Assembly: GCF_006345805.1 (NCBI RefSeq)
Contig: NC_042999.1
Location: 76,322,001-76,386,000, forward strand
Direction of reading: 5' to 3'
Length of the DNA: 64,000 nucleotides
Origin: Octopus sinensis
Lineage: Eukaryota
Position 1 is the stretch's first letter, and the number at the start of each line of letters is the position of its first letter. A program made the translations under genes and the position numbers. Shown in pieces: positions 56,388-64,000 of the stretch. The notes beneath the pieces are model-generated. The model had not been told where the DNA came from, searched no databases, and saw only the letters and a program-made list of their open reading frames with translations.

Positions 56388-56595
56388 GATCTCAGCTGAC
56401 ATAATGAAAAAGGTGTTAACCCGGAGGATGGCGAGGGAGATGCACTGGAACAGTCACTTTGATTATTGGGGCTCACATTTGGGTATAGCCATCTCCGATC
56501 CGATAACGGTGAGCAGGGATATGGTCCGGGGGCCGAGAACGCCGAAAGTCTCTATTGCCACAGGATCGACCTGTCAGTGAGCGACCGTTATTTTA
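56388..56595 (-). pseudogene. Decayed C-terminal RLE region of a CRE-like non-LTR retrotransposon
   Basis: K*RSLTDR/DPVAIETFGVLGPRTISLLTVIGSEMAIPKCEPQ*SK*LFQCISLAILRVNTFFIMSA resembles the KY..L...F.P.A.ET.G.WG...L.QRIS.AIQRGNA motif; local GC-rich island. Confidence 0.65.
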
Positions 56596-56769
56596 ACAAG
56601 CATTCGAGCACGCACACGCAAATACACACACACATACACACACGTAAATAGTTAATCTTTAATAATTAATCTTTTGTCAAACTTGATACATCACACATTG
56701 GGTGTATCGTTAGTGTATGAATATACGTTTTCATCATAGAAATCTATGGATGGATTAGCGATTTGCTAA

Positions 56770-57390
56770 CATCTATAGATAAAATTAAAACAGACAGCAG
56801 TTTACAATGTTTTACCAATAAGGAAAACTATCCGAAATCTGCTGAATTAGAGACAGTCCTTACTGATGAGGCAACGAAATTGCCGAAACTGACGTCGATA
56901 TAAGGAATTTTCGAACGATGTTTTCGGACGATTATAATCTCTGTCTAGATACGTATACAATTATATGCTTTGAATACAGCATTAGACCGTTTTAGCTCTC
57001 ATTTCTAGCAATGCAGGTGTTTCTTACTACATAGTTACAGTTAGTGACAATTATAGCTTTTCCTTCTTGCTAAAACATTGCAAACTGCTGTCTATTTACA
57101 TTTTCTGTATACACATTAATGATCAGCTAAATTGACCATAGATTTTTATGATGAAAACATACAGACAGAATTGCAGACGAGACAACGGGACTTTCTGACA
57201 ATTTTCAGACTGTCTGACAACGGGAATTCCAGAAACTGACATCAGTATAAGGAATTCCCGGACATTGTTTTCGGACGATTATAGTATCTGTCTGTATATA
57301 TGTATAGAATTATACGCATTAGAGCATTTTAGCTCTTATTTCTAGCAATGTAGGTGTTTCTAGCACCTTAATCACATTTATTGACAATTA
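56770..57390 (+). mobile_element. Diverged tandem of ~347-nt HHR-containing units with an internal inverted repeat (retrozyme-like or Penelope pLTR-like)
   Basis: TAAGGAATT at 56901 and 57248, followed by ~150 nt of alignable sequence; inverted repeat 56788-56831 / 57053-57097. Confidence 0.6.
56857..56906 (+). ncRNA. Type I hammerhead ribozyme motif
   Basis: UCCUUA-CUGAUGA-GGCAA-CGAAA-UUGCC-GAA-ACUGACGUCGAU-A-UAAGGA: perfect core, 5-bp stem II, 6-bp stem I; stem III damaged next to the cleavage site (AUA with a C.A mismatch). Confidence 0.75.
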
Positions 57391-57479
57391 TTTGTATGTT
57401 TGTGTATGTGTATGTGTGTGTTTATATATATGTGTGTGCGTATATATCCATATAAATATATATATATATATATATATAA

Positions 57480-57709
57480 TAATAAATATTAGGGAATAAA
57501 TCCAAATTTACAGGGAAAAAATCAGATTTAGGATTAAATCGATTTTATAGTAAAATATTATAAAATATTATTCGAGACAAAACCACTATTTTGCAAAACA
57601 AACAAGGAAAGACTTAATCAATACATAAAATTTTAATAAATAGTCAATTTTATGTATTGATTAAGTCTTTCCTTGTTTGTTTTGCAAAATAGTGGTTTTG
57701 TCTCGAATA

Positions 57710-57719
<10 letters not shown>
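57480..57719. repeat. (TA)n-embedded element ending in a perfect 74-bp inverted duplication
   Basis: Arms 57559-57632 and 57646-57719 are exact reverse complements; 13-nt spacer ttaataaatagtc. Confidence 0.9.
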
Positions 57720-57746
<27 letters not shown>

Positions 57747-58758
57747 GTGTGTGTATATATAAATATATATATGAGTGGGTATGTGTGTATATATATACCC
57801 ATGTACGTATATATATTTATATATATTATACACACATACCTATACATATATATGTATGTGTGTATAATATATCCTCAGGTGTCATGCATACAGGACTCTG
57901 AGCTTGTGTGTGCCTGCATGCGCGAGCGTATATGCATAGATTGATGATAAAATAATTGATTAATATACTTAACCTGTAATGAATCATAGACCTCGATAGT
58001 GATTAAACATACATATTGGATATAGGACAGCGCATTTACATTGCCTGTAGGTAATGGGAAAGAACGTGATCAAATATAGATTCTATTAGCAATAAAAGCA
58101 AATTGATTACATATATAATGATATTTGCCATAGAGTAAACTGATGGCACGAGCGAAGATATATGATGTTTCATACTCTAATGATTGACATGGAGAGAACC
58201 AAGATTGCGGAGAAGAATGGTAAAATGAGAATGTTAAAGACGCAGAGAAATGTAATTTTATATCGTGTAAAACATATAAGCAATTCGTTTCTCAACTGCT
58301 CGGTTTCATTTTCAGTCTCGCTACTTGGCACCTTGGGTAAATATCTTCTATCATAAGTCCAATCCAATACTTAGTATACGAGTTGGGCAGGGGATATCAA
58401 ATTGTTCGCTTATTTCTCTGGGATTGGTCAAGTGATGAAATCACCTCTGATAAGACACCAACGAGGGTCGAAAATCGATTACGACTCATTACTTTGTCTA
58501 ATCTATGAAGAAATATATATATATATAATAGAAATATTAAAATTACTAGTCTGACTAGCAAGGTGAAGCGGCTAACCTCCCCTGTTCGAAGGTTGTAATG
58601 GACGCAGGTTCGTGTGTCATATAGCTAGCTAGAGGCAATAGCCTCTTGGTGCTAATCAGCGACAGCTTTAGTCTTATATTTATAGACAGCCATATTAGTA
58701 TGGCGATAACTATTAATATATATATATGCAGACTTATATTCATATAGATAGATAGATA

Positions 58759-58820
<62 letters not shown>

Positions 58821-59110
58821 GATAGATAGATAGATATGCATATAAATAGATACATATATGTATGTATGTATAAGATGTGTCTTCTTGATATAAAATATTA
58901 TAGTATCGCTATTGCGAAGGCATTATAACGTTGTGTAACGCAGATCTCACTGTGCTGTTAAGAAATTCGCTGCGCATCTATGTGCTTCCGATTCTTTATG
59001 CACGTTTGGGATCTAGTGTGTGGAGTATGGAAGGCTGACACTGCAAAAAACATCATGTGTGAGCGTGCGTGTGTTTGTGTGTGTGTGTGCGTGTGTGTGT
59101 GTGTGTGTGT

Positions 59111-59146
<36 letters not shown>

Positions 59147-60526
59147 TTTTATAGAATTCTGATAATATATTTCTTCACTGATAACAATACACACATACGT
59201 GTATGGGTGGTATGTGTGTGTGAATGTGTGTGTGATTGTGTGTGTGTATCTGTGTGTGTAATTGTCTGCTCACTTATCCACTTCGTGTATGTATTTATAA
59301 GATACTGATTTATATAATGTCCTCAATGAGTGTTATTTTCGTTTTCTTTTGTAAGAGAAAACATTAGTCTTCTTTTTTTTTCTTTAATAACTCTTGTCAT
59401 TTATAGATAGAAAAATATCGATGCAGAATACTGCAAAAACCTATTATATGTACTGTGGTATATTGGGTAACAAAAGAAAAGTAATTTTATGATTGTGAGG
59501 TGGTGTTTACTGCGACGAAGACAATAGAGATTGCAATGAACATCTGTAATAAGAAGAAAAATATTATAGCGTAAAACAGCTATCCTCGAATCACATATGA
59601 TCGTAAAGTCAAAATTATAGTTTATACATTACAGATATTGTATAGATAGGTCATACATTGTCGACTTTTCTTATCATATTATCTTTCTCAATTTAAATAT
59701 TTTAAATTATTGTTTGCAGAACTTACCTCTGTATACTACACACACAATCAAACAATAGTATTTTGGCAAAATAAAATAGATGATATATATATGTATAAAT
59801 ACACATACATGCACACACGCGCGCACACACACACACACATACACACACACATAGCTGTCACATTTCAAAGTGCACCAAACCAAGACTTTTCATTACTCGT
59901 AAATTGTGCCCTGTCTCTATGTCAAATAGTCATCCTAAATCTAATGGCGTCTTTAATTGGCCTTGTAACATACTACTTACATATCCGATTGTACGTATTC
60001 TTAAATAAAACAAAACACTCCTCCTCCATATTTTGACCATTATATCCCTTCGATGAAGCAAAACACTTCACTATCTCTCGGTCTCCCACTCTTACTCTCT
60101 TACTAAATACATAAATATTCATTTTAAAAGCTATCTCTATAGATTTTCAACTGAATTCAGAGTCAGTACTGCAAGTTACAACGTTTTGGTAAACAAATAC
60201 GTATACGTAAACAATGCGATCGAATAGAGAAAAAGAAGGTATTGATTGTATATTCATATTTTAGGGATTATTGTCCGTTCGTCAGTTCTTCATCTAACAC
60301 ATCATAGTGAGGTGCTGATGAAAGGACAATAACCTTGCAAGAATTATATTCACCCATCACCTATTTTTTTAATGTCGGATCACGTTCTTTACGGAAACAT
60401 ATTTGTTCACGAAACGTCGTACATTAAATTGCTGGGTCTCTCTGAATTGTATAGAAAATGTATAGAGATAAATATTAAAATGAAATTATACCACTGTTCA
60501 CACACTGTAAAACGCCGTATTGACTT

Positions 60527-60603
<77 letters not shown>

Positions 60604-61499
60604 CATGCATCATTAGAATTATATGTCTTAGTCACAATATTTTAATATTACAAGCGTTAGGAATTATCCGTTTAGTCAGGTAACAAACGTAACTCCTGCA
60701 CAGCTTTTCTCATAAACATTTTAAAATATATTTATAAACATTTATCACAGTTTCCCAAGCTCTTTAAATTACACCCACTTATCCCAAACATTTATATATT
60801 TAAAATATCCGTCTTATTTACTCACCCTACCGTCAGTAAATATTTGTAGCTTTACACACACACGCGCACAACTGAACGCTTCTATGCTTACGGATACATG
60901 TGCATTTGTATAAACATGAATATAAAAATATCAAATTCCCAGACAAAAGTACACGCTCGCTCAATAATATTGTCTAAGTTAATATACCCAAGTATTAATT
61001 TATTTTTACATGTCAACGCCCCTGTCTTTAATAAATTACCGTAAATGTCAATGTCTACCACATTTCTACGTATAATACGCTCTTGATTTGTACAAATTAT
61101 ATTATAAACTAATACTATTATGCATAACACACAATGCTGCACAACTGACTACAAGAATGGATAATCTACTATGATCCAATAGATTAGCTTTTAATATCTT
61201 TTTTTTATATAAAATGCATTTATCTATTAGAAAAAAAATAATGTACATATTATCGATAAAATTAACCATAAATAATTGTGTGTAAATAATAAAAGTTACC
61301 TGAAAAAGTTTATATTCTGATACACTAATCGCCAACATTTTGCTATTCAAGCGTATCAGCTAGTTTTCAGCTCAGTTAAACATAATAAAGTTTACTGCTG
61401 GTTATGGCGATAGAGTAGCAGCAAGATGCTTTAGCATGATTAAATGTAACGTCCATGGAAGCACGCACAAGATAAGCGTAATGTTATAACCAACTAACA

Positions 61500-61543
61500 A
61501 TAATAATAATAATAATATTCAAATAATAATAATAATAATAATA

Positions 61544-61627
<84 letters not shown>

Positions 61628-61700
61628 AAGAAGAAGAAAAGAAGAAGAAGAAGAAGAAGAAGAAGAAGAAGAAGAAGAAGAAGAAGAAGAAGAAGAAACA
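61500..61700. repeat. (AAT)n followed by (GAA)n microsatellite
   Basis: Directly visible. Confidence 0.95.
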
Positions 61701-61845
61701 TTCTTTCTTATTTTGGCACAAGATCAGAGATTTTAAGGAGACAGAAGTCGATTAATTCTGAGTTCTCAACTGGTACTTATTTTACAGATGTAATCGACTT
61801 GCTCCTTCTCAACAAATTTCAGGTCTTGCGCCTATAATAGAAAGG

Positions 61846-61880
<35 letters not shown>

Positions 61881-62039
61881 TGTCTGTCAAGTCACAACAA
61901 GGAACTCAGACAGACACGACTTTACGCAATATGAGGATTTTGCTAGTCTCCGACTCTGCCACTCTCTACAGTTTGTACTCACACCACGCATTACCTCTCT
62001 CTAGCCCCCACTTTTCTCAGATTCCAACGTAGCACTCAT

Positions 62040-62510
62040 GCTACCTGGTCGTGTTGCCACAACTTGTAGTGGATTTGGCAAGTCTAAGGCATTTGTTCGT
62101 GATATTGGCAATGGTTTCACTCACTCTACTGCAGATGCGTAACAGCAGAGACACTTGCTCATTCTTCAGGTTGACCCTCCAGTTCATGGCCAGAGTTTGG
62201 TCCTGCGCTGCCAGTATAGTACTCTCGGTCTCATTTCCAGAGTTCCTTTCATCAGCCAATCACACCAAGTTTTTCCAGTAACTCTGCTGTGGATACATGG
62301 AACTGATTGTGTTGTCCCTTGTTGCGTAGTTCTTCCTTTGTTTTCCCTTTTTTCTGACCATGTAATTCCATGAGAGTAGGGTTTCATCTCTCTCGTTGGC
62401 TGTTCGTGATCGGAATTCATGAGCACTCTCAAGTCCTTTTTGATAAATCCTTCTGCATTAGCAGCATATTGTAGGTGTTGTTTGCTGGTTACCAAATATT
62501 CAGACATAGT
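62040..62510 (-). pseudogene. Diverged R4/Dong-like fragment (pre-knuckle and zinc-knuckle region)
   Basis: WLMKGTL / NETESTILAAQDQTLAMNW...RICSRVSETIANITNKC..LAK parallels GLKAVTEGFLIAAQDQSLPTRNY...CRICG..QETINHIISSCPVLAK of the young copy. Confidence 0.75.
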
Positions 62511-63119
62511 TTGCTGGTTACCAAATATTCAGACATATACATGAGACATAGTATTTCAAAATCTTCATTGTCTAAAACTACATTGTTTTTCATGAGGTGC
62601 AAACTGAGGGACATGTAACACCTATTTGTGGCAGGCTAAATCGCTCTGCATTGTTTAACGTCCACATTACTTATGAAGATAGGGTGTGCTTTACGGGAGA
62701 TATGACTGCTATTGTTAGAGAGTTCGTTTTACAATTTTCTAACATTGGGAACTTATCAAAATAAGTTCCATCAACTGGTATTAGTATCCATTTAATCGAT
62801 GGTGCACTCCCACGAAAATGTGTGGCCGTTAGCCAATATTACATATCAGCTATTTATCGGACTTTTTTCTTCTCGAGACATATCTTGTTATATGTCCTAG
62901 ATTTTTATTTAGAAGGAAATTGTTATTTGTTTGTGCTTTGTGTTTTCTTTGGTTGCCTGTTTTTTTTTTTGTTCTTTTTCTAAATATCTCATTAGAATCA
63001 ACAATGGTGAAAGCAAGAAGGAAAAACAAACATTTTGACATATGTTGAATGTGTAACATTTACATTCCCTTGTGAAATACGGATGTCTAGCGCATCTTTA
63101 TTTCTCCTGACTGCTGATC

Positions 63120-63137
63120 CCCCCTCTCTCTCTCTCT

Positions 63138-63182
<45 letters not shown>

Positions 63183-63222
63183 ACATACATATATATATGT
63201 ATATAAGACATACATACATAGA

Positions 63223-63257
<35 letters not shown>

Positions 63258-63330
63258 CACATTCATATATATATGTATATAAGACGTACATACATACATA
63301 CATATTTATATATATATATATATAAACACA

Positions 63331-63364
<34 letters not shown>

Positions 63365-63370
63365 ACATAC

Positions 63371-63401
<31 letters not shown>

Positions 63402-63470
63402 ATAAACACATACATATATATATATATATTATATTATATATATATATAAGACATACATACATACATATAT
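63120..63470. repeat. Compound (CT)n/(CA)n/(TA)n field with recurring aaacacatacat and ataagacatacat units
   Basis: Directly visible. Confidence 0.85.
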
Positions 63471-63787
63471 ATAACCACATAACCACTTCTTACTCCGATT
63501 CTTTTACTTCATTTTCTCCGCCATTCTATATTATATCATATCTAACATTCTGTATCCCTTCCACTCTTCACAGACATTCTTCGTATGTCGTATGTTTGCT
63601 TCTCTTCTTGTTTTCCCGTTTGTTTCTTTTCAACATACTTTGGCTTTGCTACAGTTGTTGTTTTCTTCTTTCAAGCATCTGGTATTTTTCTCTATTTATT
63701 GAATTGATTTTTTCCTTTTGCTTTTACATTCGCCATATTTATCTCTGTGTGTTTGTCTCTGTCTGTCTGTCTGTCTGTCTGTTTCTC

Positions 63788-63823
<36 letters not shown>

Positions 63824-64000
63824 CTCTCTCTCTCGTTCTGTCACATCTACTCTCTCTTATTAATTCATCTCATGTCCAATCATAAACCTATTTCTCCTTG
63901 TACTTCTTATTTCTTCGGTTTTTTTTTCGTTGTATTTTTATGCAAACCTTATATTTCTTTCACTCATCCGTTTTTTCATATTTACAGTCGGAGCTTCTTC

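Noticed and set aside
60265-60354. Imperfect 21-bp inverted repeat, each arm starting with a CTGAYGA core
   Set aside because: GAAA is replaced by GCAA and stem III fails; lies in a dispersed repeat (cf. 44960-45060) and may be chance.
62481-62537. 29-bp direct repeat
   Set aside because: Two-copy local duplication at the edge of a decayed LINE fragment; not an array or CRISPR-like structure.

Overview
AT-rich, microsatellite-saturated eukaryotic DNA. Its SINE families look like those of an octopod cephalopod such as Octopus (recognition from memory, not a search). I find no supportable host protein-coding gene: the ORF track is almost entirely microsatellite read-through or transposon fragments, so the window is probably intronic or intergenic. 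Recognisable content: (i) many tRNA-headed SINEs of at least three families; (ii) restriction-like-endonuclease (RLE) non-LTR retrotransposon fragments, namely a young 5'-truncated R4/Dong-like copy inside (TAA)n at 30.5-31.5 kb, older R4-like remnants and a CRE-like C-terminus; (iii) mariner deletion derivatives; (iv) two near-identical ~750-bp tandem duplications bounded by (AAT)n; (v) perfect fold-back palindromes. The most interesting signal is a set of type I hammerhead-ribozyme (HHR) motifs. One lies in a Penelope-like element that also carries a GIY-YIG remnant and a tRNA-like Pol III promoter (51.9-52.4 kb). Another lies in a diverged ~347-nt tandem unit with a long internal inverted repeat (56.8-57.4 kb) that resembles a non-LTR retrozyme. 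Several further decayed HHR-like cores sit in elements abutting (TA)n.
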